IMG/VR virus record: IMGVR_UViG_2974799246_000001
Coordinates: 1 to 64,000 of that record
Length of the DNA: 64,000 bases
Strand: one strand, 5' to 3'
DNA from: a virus
Taxonomy: Duplodnaviria > Caudoviricetes
Below are positions 55,401 to 64,000 of the stretch, piece by piece. The notes below the pieces were generated by a model. It made no database searches. It worked only from the letters and a program-made list of their open reading frames with translations, and was not told the origin of the DNA. A program made the translations under genes and the position numbers. The first letter of the stretch is position 1, and the number at the start of each line of letters is the position of its first letter.

Positions 55401-56450
55401 TCAACAGCGAACGGTGCGACCTATTGTCAGAGGTGTGTAGTCTCGCAGCGTAGCGACAGGCTTCTCGTTTGGCAGGATGGCTGATGCTACATCGAAGTCA
55501 ATACCAGCTCGCGCAGTCAACACATAGACAGGTGCACCGTAAGCAAACGCTATTGGCATTGCACCCCACGTGATTGAATACGCAGGCGTATCGGCATGAG
55601 TGCCTTGACCATAATAGAAAAGACTTGAAGCAGCAACACTGGCCTGAGCACCGGCATAATACGAAGTGCTATAAGTCCATCCGCCACCAGAGAAATAGTT
55701 CGTGCCATTGACGACAGACCTATATGGCTGGAACAATCGCGGACCACGAGCGAAGTTATACGCAGTGTGATCGTACGGTTGATTGGCTGTTATGTACGGC
55801 ATACTCTGCGAAGACGAAACTAAAAGAGCAGTGTCCGCTTCTCTGTTCACGCCATTGAAACCGATGTGCTGCAAATACGAAGTGGTATTACGCGACCAGT
55901 AGCCTATGCCACTACCGCCTCCTCCGTATATGGTACCAGACTCGGATAGCGCTGGGTTTGCGCTAGATGCAGGCGTTGAGTAGAGTGAGACACTGTATGA
56001 GGTGTTGTCGAAAGAAGGCAACACCATGTCGGAGTATGCAGGGACAGTTGGCGTGCCATTACCGTAAGTGTCAAGCAAACTACCAGAACCATTAAGTGCA
56101 CCGCCACCCGTGTCATCTTTGCCTATAGCGTAGTATCGACAAAAGGCATTGAATGCAGTCAGGTTGCGCTGCTGGTTGGTGTAGTTGAAATCAGATTCCT
56201 TACGAACACCAGGCACATAGTTATAGAACAACTTGTTTCCTGACCAACCGGCGCCACGTACACACTGCATGTTGTTGTCTACATCGACGGCAGCACAAAA
56301 AGAAAGTGACGTGTTTATCTTATCCCACATATCAATGAAGGATGATTTGTCAGTGGGCCGAGAAGTATCGTCCGAAAATAAAAACATACGCTTACGTGCA
56401 AATTCTATCTTCTTCTCCAGCAGTTGTGCTCCGTTCGAAACGAATAGCAT
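55401..56450 (-). CDS. Putative virion fibre protein (S/G/Y/T-rich family)
   Basis: MLFV..FLFSD..GNKLFY..AGIDFD. Confidence 0.55.
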   Translation of the reverse strand: MLFVSNGAQLLEKKIEFARKRMFLFSDDTSRPTDKSSFIDMWDKINTSLSFCAAVDVDNNMQCVRGAGWSGNKLFYNYVPGVRKESDFNYTNQQRNLTAFNAFCRYYAIGKDDTGGGALNGSGSLLDTYGNGTPTVPAYSDMVLPSFDNTSYSVSLYSTPASSANPALSESGTIYGGGGSGIGYWSRNTTSYLQHIGFNGVNREADTALLVSSSQSMPYITANQPYDHTAYNFARGPRLFQPYRSVVNGTNYFSGGGWTYSTSYYAGAQASVAASSLFYYGQGTHADTPAYSITWGAMPIAFAYGAPVYVLTARAGIDFDVASAILPNEKPVATLRDYTPLTIGRTVRC

Positions 56451-56458
56451 AATCGCCT

Positions 56459-57409
56459 CTATAGCTTGATACTGTCTGTCTTATACAGAACGGGTAATTC
56501 AGGTAACGTAACAGAGAACGTATTCCCTACGTTTGTGTTACGCGAGGTGAAGTCTTCTGGGCCATACTTAACAACACGGACGCGAGTTCCTTCGTTGATG
56601 AATACGGCGAATTTGTCTAACGTGATTGTACCTTCTGCAAGCGCACTCGAACCATATGCCTGGGAACAAGGGGTATACCGTCCGCTATCATAGGCATTAC
56701 GACGAGCAGGAACCGTAGCGCGCCAGTAACCACCATCAGACACTTGAGCAGTGTACGCTCCCATAGAGAAAGCCATAGCGCCAGTCACGCTGGAATTCCA
56801 GTTGGAGTAGTTAGTGCCCGTGAATGTATACGACCAACTATGCGGATATATGCGAATCTCTTGCATACCAGAGGCAGTATATACTCGACGACGATGACTG
56901 TATGAGTCACCTGTCTGCCTAGCTGCTGTCGATACAGTTACTTGCGTGTCAGGGAACGATACCTGATTGGCGGTTGGACCTGCCTGCTGTCCTATCTTAG
57001 TAGGAATCAAACAGAAAGGCGTAGCCCACCACGTATCAGTATTTCCCGGAAAAGGCGTACTGCCCGAGAAGTTATCGTTCATTGTCATTTGACTGCTCTT
57101 GCGGCCAGACCCATCTTTCAGTCCGGTCACAAGTAACGTTCGGAAGATGCCGTCATCGGATGTAAAGTCCGGCGCCTCCGATATCATGGTCAATTTGGAG
57201 TAATAGACTCTTGCCTGAGTGCCATAAGCAGCGATGCCCATAACAGGATGGGCACCAAAGCTGTTACCGCTCTGAGAGGCAATTGAGCATCGACTATTTC
57301 GTATCAGATCTCGTAGCTCACTCACTGAACTGAAATCTATAGTCTGACCTGAGTCGAAAAAGAATCCGTACTTGCGCACATCATCCTGTTTAGGAAGTAC
57401 GAGTTGCAT
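56459..57409 (-). CDS. Putative virion fibre protein
   Basis: FFFDSG; S/T/G-rich. Confidence 0.55.
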   Translation of the reverse strand: MQLVLPKQDDVRKYGFFFDSGQTIDFSSVSELRDLIRNSRCSIASQSGNSFGAHPVMGIAAYGTQARVYYSKLTMISEAPDFTSDDGIFRTLLVTGLKDGSGRKSSQMTMNDNFSGSTPFPGNTDTWWATPFCLIPTKIGQQAGPTANQVSFPDTQVTVSTAARQTGDSYSHRRRVYTASGMQEIRIYPHSWSYTFTGTNYSNWNSSVTGAMAFSMGAYTAQVSDGGYWRATVPARRNAYDSGRYTPCSQAYGSSALAEGTITLDKFAVFINEGTRVRVVKYGPEDFTSRNTNVGNTFSVTLPELPVLYKTDSIKL

Positions 57410-57418
57410 AGCCTTTCC

Positions 57419-58471
57419 TTACATCTGGGTGAGAGATTTGTCGGGGAAGAATTGCGTGTTAACCAAAGACAAAGTGGCTGTTGCAGCTACAGGTATTGCA
57501 GCACTTTGCGACATATCTTTGTCTTGGCCGATAGCACAACGCATTAGGTATTTCAGGCCGTTGACTTGAAACGCCATCATACAGGCAGTCAGAACCGCAT
57601 CTGCTGTGTTCGCTTTGCCTGAGATAGGAACTCTCGGCGGGAACGCGTCAGGACTTGTGCGATCATATCCTGATACACCATTGCCGTTTTGCGGGGTACT
57701 GGTGCTACTAAACTGATTTAATCCGTTGGCCGAATATGTCATGCCCACTGTACGCACAAATGCAATGTGGTCTATTGCTGCATACGAGTTATGTAGCGGC
57801 GCAGTCTGCATAGGCGTGGTCGTCTGGCTTATGTATGAATATCCGTAAGGACCTGATTCATTCCACGAGACAAGACTTAGCGTGGCGGTGTTGAAGCCTG
57901 CATCGTACCCGCTATACGTTCCCCAGAAAGGGTCAGTGTTACGCGCATACTGGTTACCTACTTTAGAGCTATAAGTTTGCAGATGCGTATTAACGTTACG
58001 CATACCCTCAGGGAAGATGAGCATACAGTTAGACGGCCAGTAATACGATTCAGAACTATCAGCAGACCTACCAAAACGCCCATCGAACACAGGCATGCCC
58101 GCAGACCATTGATATCCAGGAGTGTCTGCATCGTACACAGTAAAGTAACGAGCAAGAATAGCATCGGGAGTTTGTGCGGCACTGTAGGCAGCATACCCTC
58201 CAGACACAGCACTATTGTTTACGAGGCGAGCACTTCGCGCAGGATAGAAGAAGTTGTCTTTGATGCCACTCATAGGGCTTAACGTGACTTCGCTTCCTAC
58301 ACCAGACGCCGAGTTGCCCCAAGCGCGAGCACCTTTAATCTTCGACAGATAACTGGACACGCTGACATGGGCATCAGAGATATCTGTCTGACTATCGAAA
58401 TAGAGCGCTCGGTGTGCAGCCAACAGCGCAACCTTGTTGGCCTTTATTGGATGAGATGTTGCAAATAACAT
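57419..58471 (-). CDS. Putative virion fibre protein
   Basis: MLFA..YFDS..SGIKDNFFY..MRCAIGQD. Confidence 0.55.
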   Translation of the reverse strand: MLFATSHPIKANKVALLAAHRALYFDSQTDISDAHVSVSSYLSKIKGARAWGNSASGVGSEVTLSPMSGIKDNFFYPARSARLVNNSAVSGGYAAYSAAQTPDAILARYFTVYDADTPGYQWSAGMPVFDGRFGRSADSSESYYWPSNCMLIFPEGMRNVNTHLQTYSSKVGNQYARNTDPFWGTYSGYDAGFNTATLSLVSWNESGPYGYSYISQTTTPMQTAPLHNSYAAIDHIAFVRTVGMTYSANGLNQFSSTSTPQNGNGVSGYDRTSPDAFPPRVPISGKANTADAVLTACMMAFQVNGLKYLMRCAIGQDKDMSQSAAIPVAATATLSLVNTQFFPDKSLTQM

Positions 58472-58482
58472 AGGGCCTCTCC

Positions 58483-59577
58483 CTATAATAAATATGTGGC
58501 CGCAGCATTTGCGTAGGCAACAACGTCAACAGAGAAATTCAAAGAGGCCATCTCTGCTATGTTGGTTCCTGTCTGTCTTGCATCGTCCGCTTCACCATCC
58601 CCAATAGAAAGAACAATCAGTCCTTTGTCTAACGGGTATTCATACGCAATCGCACCAAACGACAATACACAAGGAGGGCTATCGTTTGCTGCAACGTTTA
58701 ACGGTACATACAAGGGTTCAGCCAGACCGCAGTTTGGGAAGTCTGTCAGTGTAGGCGAGTAAGAGAAGCGGGTGTAGCCTCCACCTATAGGCCAGCTTTG
58801 CGTTTCTTCCTCAATCGCAATGAACATGATGCAAGGGGCATTCGCCGCATACATAGATGGACTCACTACAGGCAGTGTGTTGCCTTGACCGTATTGCTTC
58901 GACGTATCGGTAGTGGTCAGGTTTGTTTGCGTCTGCAACGTGTTAGTCTGCGTAAGATATGCAGCACTTGACCAATACAATGTATACTGATAGTTCCATC
59001 CTAGCCACGAGTTTGACTCGGACTTGGTGATGCTTATCGTCTGGCCTTTGAATGTCAAGTTGGCTCGAATGCCGCCGGTGGCTGCCACGCGCATCGAAGC
59101 AACTATAGTCTCAGGAACAAAGTACATTCGGTTGCTGATCAGACCTGACGCAGGATCATACGTTTTGCCTGCACCAGCACCCAAGAAGTTAGTCTTCAAG
59201 TCACTCATGCTTCCTTTGGCTGTAACGGGAGTCACAGTCACATAGCGATAGGCCTGTGTATCAACTGTCTGACCGTCAGACGTAGCTCCATAGTAGTACC
59301 AGTCCTTGTTGCCTCCATTCGAATTGAATCCCAACATGTCCGCCGTGTGTGCGACATAGTGCTTGTTGTTCTTAACGCCAGACAGTGCGGTTGTCTTTCC
59401 ATTAGAGCCTGAGATCCCCCATGAAGCACCACGGCAGTATGGAATACTCTTTAGCAGGTTAGCACGAGATTGCTTTACGGTTGCTTTGTCTACTGACGAA
59501 TCAAAGAGAAACAGTGCAGACAACGCGTCCTTGCGTATCTTATTAACCTTAACAGCTCCGACAGAATGAAACTGCAT
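58483..59577 (-). CDS. Putative virion fibre protein
   Basis: FLFDS..SGVKNNKHY..LSIGDG. Confidence 0.55.
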   Translation of the reverse strand: MQFHSVGAVKVNKIRKDALSALFLFDSSVDKATVKQSRANLLKSIPYCRGASWGISGSNGKTTALSGVKNNKHYVAHTADMLGFNSNGGNKDWYYYGATSDGQTVDTQAYRYVTVTPVTAKGSMSDLKTNFLGAGAGKTYDPASGLISNRMYFVPETIVASMRVAATGGIRANLTFKGQTISITKSESNSWLGWNYQYTLYWSSAAYLTQTNTLQTQTNLTTTDTSKQYGQGNTLPVVSPSMYAANAPCIMFIAIEEETQSWPIGGGYTRFSYSPTLTDFPNCGLAEPLYVPLNVAANDSPPCVLSFGAIAYEYPLDKGLIVLSIGDGEADDARQTGTNIAEMASLNFSVDVVAYANAAATYLL

Positions 59578-59613
59578 ACACGTACCTTTATGTCAAAATT
59601 TTCGATATAAGGT

Positions 59614-59646
59614 AAAAAGGGCCCGTACCATTACGATACAGGCCAT
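59614..59646 (-). terminator. Intrinsic terminator
   Basis: Minus strand GGCCTGTATC-GTAAT-GGTACGGGCC-CTTTTT. Confidence 0.65.
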
Positions 59647-59651
59647 TTCTG

Positions 59652-60233
59652 TTACACCAGCAGACGACCTGCGATGGTAATAGCAACGCCGTTGAGCGTA
59701 GTGTCGGCAGTGTCTGGTGCAATGACACGCAACTGGTCACCAGATACAAGAATGATCTCTTGATCTTGATACGCAACCAGAGGAGCAAACACGCCTGTCT
59801 TCGACCCAGCAGCGAACGACACTGTACCAAGCTGAATAACAGTCTGGGTAGCAGAATCATACGCACTGATTTTGAAAACAGATGCAGCAGTGGCCGCAAT
59901 GTCCGCAGCAGCCATAGAGCCAGCAAAGTTTTTAACGATTGCAGTTGTGCGAACAGACAGGTAACGTGCAATCTCCTGACCACCAGCATAACGCTTGAGG
60001 ACAGACAGACCTACGTCATATGGATTTACAGACTGTAACTGATTAACCCACTTGTTACGTACCTGACTGAACACGTACAGGCCAGGCTGGTTCTGACCCG
60101 ATACAGCAGTCAGGTTCCACACACGCCCGTTAGTAGGAGATGAGGGGAAGGTAGGTCCGGAGGAATTTGGATCGCCTGGTGCACGAACGATTTGAGCCTG
60201 CTCACCTGCGAGCTGTAGACCATAAGTTAACAT
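59652..60233 (-). CDS. Virion structural protein
   Basis: FPSSPTNG.VW, GDQLRVIAP..ADTTL motifs typical of fibre/decoration proteins. Confidence 0.6.
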   Translation of the reverse strand: MLTYGLQLAGEQAQIVRAPGDPNSSGPTFPSSPTNGRVWNLTAVSGQNQPGLYVFSQVRNKWVNQLQSVNPYDVGLSVLKRYAGGQEIARYLSVRTTAIVKNFAGSMAAADIAATAASVFKISAYDSATQTVIQLGTVSFAAGSKTGVFAPLVAYQDQEIILVSGDQLRVIAPDTADTTLNGVAITIAGRLLV

Positions 60234-60244
60234 TGTTTCTCTCC

Positions 60245-60463
60245 TTAGGCGATTCGCACTTCACCCGTAACTGGGTACGGGAAAGTCACTTTGACTGTAT
60301 TGTTATCCACAATGATAACGTCGAGCGGCAGTACCTGATGGAGTTTACCATCGGGCTGCATCGTACACGTAGTCACTGCGACCATACGACCGAAGTTGTG
60401 CGTAATCGTCCATTCAGCAGCAGGCGTTTCTTGTTTGAAAGAGCGCCCCATCGAATAGTTCAT
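60245..60463 (-). CDS. Small protein with a W.I.HN.G module
   Basis: Start 60463 (GAGGA RBS); WTITHNFG..DNNTVKVTF..PVTG. Confidence 0.6.
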   Translation of the reverse strand: MNYSMGRSFKQETPAAEWTITHNFGRMVAVTTCTMQPDGKLHQVLPLDVIIVDNNTVKVTFPYPVTGEVRIA

Positions 60464-60470
60464 AAGTTCC

Positions 60471-61373
60471 TCACAATTCATATGTGTATTGTGGTGTAGG
60501 CAAGTTGATTTGTACCGTACCGTTTCCATTCATCACAGGAACAGCTTGCACAATTTCTGACTCGGCAAGCAGGGCAATATGCAGCGTCTTCTTCTCGTCA
60601 ACGATTGCAGCCATTCCCCATGTAGGAACAGAGACACCCGGTGTTCCACCTGTTATAGCGTGATAAAGATTTGGCACACCCCAGTACAAGGAAAAGTAGT
60701 TCCCTCCAGAGTTGTTGTAATTCACAACCCTTGCGACCGCAGAATAAGACATTGCAGCAGCAGAGATCGCGTTACCGACAACAACTTGATATCCGTTACT
60801 GTTCCATGAAAAGCCATTACCGGCAATCGTAGGAACTGCATCCAGAGTAGGAGGGTACGTGTACAGCATCATACTTGTGCCGTACATCGTATTACCCTGT
60901 TGTGCGTTCAGCAGATCCGTTGACATGATAGGCAAGGTCTTATTTATACCATGCGCGGCCAAAGCCATAGGCCCGGACGACGGACTACCACTCAACATCA
61001 TACCCAAATCATCAATCAGATTGAGAGCGAACTGACGCTCCATATATCGGTAGCTTGGGGTGGTGGGTGCATTCACAGGTGCAAGTGATCCTGTGACAAC
61101 ACCTCGGTTACTCATCCATGTATGATAGATATACCGCGTATGCAGCCACTGTTTCGTACCATCAGCGCTAATACCAGCCGCAGGGTTTAGAGATATCGTA
61201 CCGTTAACGGCGAAATCCTTTGCGCTCGTAACGGACTTCTCGGCACACAATTTTACGAAGTCTGTCCAAGTAAGAATGCTCAGGTCCGGTTTTGGCGTAG
61301 ACGCACCAAACAGGAACAGACCTCGCTCTATCATATGCTTTTTAACACTACGGTAGTTTTGTGCGAAAAGCAT
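60471..61373 (-). CDS. Putative virion fibre protein
   Basis: MLFA..LFLFG..VPTWG. Confidence 0.55.
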   Translation of the reverse strand: MLFAQNYRSVKKHMIERGLFLFGASTPKPDLSILTWTDFVKLCAEKSVTSAKDFAVNGTISLNPAAGISADGTKQWLHTRYIYHTWMSNRGVVTGSLAPVNAPTTPSYRYMERQFALNLIDDLGMMLSGSPSSGPMALAAHGINKTLPIMSTDLLNAQQGNTMYGTSMMLYTYPPTLDAVPTIAGNGFSWNSNGYQVVVGNAISAAAMSYSAVARVVNYNNSGGNYFSLYWGVPNLYHAITGGTPGVSVPTWGMAAIVDEKKTLHIALLAESEIVQAVPVMNGNGTVQINLPTPQYTYEL

Positions 61374-61384
61374 ATGATTACCCC

Positions 61385-61981
61385 TTAGTACAGAACGACT
61401 GTACCAGTTTCAGGGTTTTCGAAGGTAATCGTAAGCTGACTGGTGCTGTCATGAACGATAGACTTCGGTTGGACTTCTTTAGCGCCCTGATAGATACGCA
61501 CTGCTGGGTTATACCCCAGGTTATGAGTAACTACCCACACAGTTTCGTCAGTGAATGAGGCAGTGAACGCTACGGTAGGAGCAGGCAGACCGCTCTCAAT
61601 ACCAGACAGCAGCACAGCCGTACCAGCGACAGGCTCAGGGAACATAACGATAGTCGTGTTTGCATCCTGAGTGTGGATTGAGGAAGGCATAACAACGTCA
61701 CCGTTTGAATCGTAGCACTGAACGATAGGCGTACCCGTGTTCATGTTGTGCGCGATCTCCCAGCGGCTTGAAGCAGACGCCTGAGAATAACGGTACATCG
61801 TCATCTGTTGAGTTAACGGTACCCAGATAGGCAGGTCAGCGATCTCAACACAGAACATCAGTCGCTTATCCATGAAAATTGCCATGCCCGGCTGAGGGTT
61901 GTCTGGCCAGTCTTGCACTTCTTCGAATTTGAAGTTCTTGATCGAGCCAAACTCTAAGTCTAAAGTCCCAACGACTTTCAT
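61385..61981 (-). CDS. Structural protein with two W...HN modules
   Basis: WEIAHNMN..F.EPVAG and WVVTHNLG..FENPETG. Confidence 0.6.
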   Translation of the reverse strand: MKVVGTLDLEFGSIKNFKFEEVQDWPDNPQPGMAIFMDKRLMFCVEIADLPIWVPLTQQMTMYRYSQASASSRWEIAHNMNTGTPIVQCYDSNGDVVMPSSIHTQDANTTIVMFPEPVAGTAVLLSGIESGLPAPTVAFTASFTDETVWVVTHNLGYNPAVRIYQGAKEVQPKSIVHDSTSQLTITFENPETGTVVLY

Positions 61982-62000
61982 AAATCATCTCCTGAAAGGT

Positions 62001-62029
62001 AAAAAGGGTAGGCAGATGCCCACCCCTTT
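62001..62029 (-). terminator. Intrinsic terminator
   Basis: Minus strand AAGGGGTGGGCA-TC-TGCCTACCCTTTTT. Confidence 0.7.
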
Positions 62030-62054
62030 ATTATGTTACGGCTGTCGTTGTCGC

Positions 62055-63680
62055 TTAGGCTTCTGGTTCAACGTAGGTGTTGGTACCAGTTACGAATGCG
62101 ATTGCAACTTTCTTCGCGGTGGTCAGCTCTACACGCAGGCTGTTCGCGTCGATGAACACAACTTCGTCAGGGATGATCTGGTAGCCAGTATCATCAACAA
62201 CGGTGACGGTACCGAACTTGTGGCCAGCGTTGTGGGTGAAGGTGTGTGCAGTAGCTGCAACGTCACCGCTCGCAGTTTTGTCGTACTGATAAACTTTAGC
62301 AGCAGAACCGCTAGAGCCAGCAGCGATTGCATCAGTAACGAACTTCTTGCTCACCGCAGAGTTGTCGGTGTAGTCAGCGCTGTCACCAGACAGGGTGATC
62401 TGAGTAACTTCACCACCAGCAGCGTCGATGAAACCACCAGCAGTTTTAACAGCAGCAACATCGACAATGATTTTGCTGTTATCAACGTCCTGTTTCAGGC
62501 CGGTACCCAGTGCAGCAGCAGCGATCTGGCCGTAGCCAACACCGCCGTCAGCGATTGCGATACCGTCAACAGAGCGAGACAGAGTAGCGCCGTCCAGTTT
62601 AACGCGAGTGCTGCCTGCGTTATCTTCCAGACCGCCGTTGGCGTCCAGTTTAGCAGTCACGGCATTGCTGGTGATCTGAATACCAGCGCCGACTTTAACG
62701 TTGACAACGTTACCAGCTTTTTCCAGACCGTCACCAGCGTTGAACTCGGAAGCGCCGCCGAATGTAGTCCACTCAGTACCATCGAAACGACGATACTCTT
62801 TGATATCTTTAACCCAGGTAACCGCACCACCAGCTTCGCTGTCAGTTGGGTCGAACACGATAACGAACGCAGTGCCGTTATAGCGAACGATCATGTTGTC
62901 AGCCAGACCAGTGATAGAACCGAAGTTCGGGTTGATGGTGTCAGCAGACAGGATGATGTACTGCTTACCGTTCTCCAGAACAGGGTCCAGAGTGCCGTCA
63001 GCCTGAATACCGTCAGAGTCTTTCAGCCAGTCGATGCCAGCGATAGCGTTGTCGATATCGATCTTACGAGCAGCGTCGTTCGGGTTAGCAGGAGCGGCCA
63101 GGTTAGCAACGGTATTACCGTTAGCATCCAGGTCGCCAGTCAGTTGGCCGTTAGCCGCATCAACTTTACCCGCCAGCGCAGTTTCGTTCGCGTTAGCTTT
63201 GTTGCTAACAGCAGTGATCTGAGACTGGATGTTAGAGCTTGCGCCAGACAGATAGCCCAGCTCGGCAGCAGTGATGGAGGAGCTTTGCAGTTCAGAGTCG
63301 GCGCCAGCGATAACAACCGCGTTCTCGGTCAGGCCGCTGATTTTGTCTTGCTTGGTAGCAACAACGGTTTCAACGTGTTTCTTAGAAACAGCCGCGTTGT
63401 CAGCAGAAGCAGACTGGTCAGGACCAGACAGTTCGAGGTCAGCAGTCATTGCCACAGAACCGTCAGCCAGGATAGCGCCTTCTACAGAACCACCACCAGT
63501 GCCCAGCTCTTTGATTGCAGTACCGTCGAAGTATTTGTACTTCTTATCGGTGCTGTTGTACCACATGCGGGCTTCTTGTGCCGCGACCAGATCACCAACT
63601 ACAGGGTCGGCTGCAAGAACTTCTGGGCGGAAGTTCTTAATAGAAGCGCCGAGCATTAAATCAAGATTACCAGTACGCAT
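62055..63680 (-). CDS. Major fibre/whisker-like virion protein
   Basis: 541 aa, A/G/D/T-rich; AVSKK.V repeats, NLAAPANPNDAA, AGDGL/GAGI repeats, C-terminal HNAG module; strong codon bias. Confidence 0.65.
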   Translation of the reverse strand: MRTGNLDLMLGASIKNFRPEVLAADPVVGDLVAAQEARMWYNSTDKKYKYFDGTAIKELGTGGGSVEGAILADGSVAMTADLELSGPDQSASADNAAVSKKHVETVVATKQDKISGLTENAVVIAGADSELQSSSITAAELGYLSGASSNIQSQITAVSNKANANETALAGKVDAANGQLTGDLDANGNTVANLAAPANPNDAARKIDIDNAIAGIDWLKDSDGIQADGTLDPVLENGKQYIILSADTINPNFGSITGLADNMIVRYNGTAFVIVFDPTDSEAGGAVTWVKDIKEYRRFDGTEWTTFGGASEFNAGDGLEKAGNVVNVKVGAGIQITSNAVTAKLDANGGLEDNAGSTRVKLDGATLSRSVDGIAIADGGVGYGQIAAAALGTGLKQDVDNSKIIVDVAAVKTAGGFIDAAGGEVTQITLSGDSADYTDNSAVSKKFVTDAIAAGSSGSAAKVYQYDKTASGDVAATAHTFTHNAGHKFGTVTVVDDTGYQIIPDEVVFIDANSLRVELTTAKKVAIAFVTGTNTYVEPEA

Positions 63681-63703
63681 TGTAAATCTCCTGTTGCGTG
63701 GGA

Positions 63704-63997
63704 TTAGAAGAACTGACTGTCACAACCATCAAGGCTACAGCGTAACGCTTGATATGCAGTGGCACGTTCTTCCGTTAGATTGATATACTTATCGTCAATA
63801 TTGTACTTCACTCTAACAGGCACGTCGTACCCATCGAGCAGGCCGTGTCGCTTATAAGCATTCAGGCGTAGCACAGGTGAACTGACCTTAGCATGTTCCA
63901 TGATGTTCAGGTCAATCTTGTCGGCGTAAATGAATGGACGCTCTCGCTTACACATGATGTAATCAATCTCATGCAAATTAAAGAGTGTGAAATTCAT
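63704..63997 (-). CDS. Hypothetical protein
   Basis: 97-aa ORF at the window edge. Confidence 0.5.
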   Translation of the reverse strand: MNFTLFNLHEIDYIMCKRERPFIYADKIDLNIMEHAKVSSPVLRLNAYKRHGLLDGYDVPVRVKYNIDDKYINLTEERATAYQALRCSLDGCDSQFF

Positions 63998-64000
63998 ATA

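Noticed and set aside
61899-63659. 586-aa + strand ORF
   Set aside because: Antisense shadow of the strongly codon-biased 541-aa fibre gene; S/V-rich, no RBS or motifs.
1-64000. tRNA, rRNA, CRISPR array, integrase or transposase
   Set aside because: None recognised by eye, and intergenic gaps are short. A tRNAscan-SE/Infernal run would be needed to exclude small RNAs formally.

Overview
A 64-kb segment of a large lytic dsDNA phage genome, most consistent with a jumbo myovirus of an enterobacterial host. The gene set resembles the Erwinia Y3 / Dickeya JA-type 'hairy' jumbo phages; this is inferred from gene content, not from a database search. Bases 1-44.6 kb are transcribed on the + strand. 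They encode a DnaB-like helicase, an intein-containing terminase large subunit, a probable portal, a 5'-3' exonuclease, a macrodomain protein, Dam, dCMP deaminase, thymidylate synthase, MazG-like and HD hydrolases, ASCH, DUF4326 and many small hypotheticals. Bases 44.6-64 kb are on the - strand and carry a large family of paralogous fibre-like virion proteins and a holin/spanin-like cassette. Main finding: a probable cytosine carboxymethylation/hypermodification pathway. It comprises a CmoA-like carboxy-SAM synthase, a DUF1611 protein, a glutaminase-less asparagine-synthetase-like amide ligase and a racemase/Rossmann-like ORF (12.3-15.6 kb), plus a distant intein-containing C5 'methyltransferase' with the motif-X Asn->Arg change expected of a carboxymethyltransferase. 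Also notable: an unannotated 54-aa peptide ending in the exact E. coli NrdA redox tail (DGCESGACKI), two phage-specific promoter-like motifs (TAATTT, CTGTAAA), RBS-occluding hairpins, and a frameshifted Toprim gene. I saw no tRNA, rRNA or CRISPR array.
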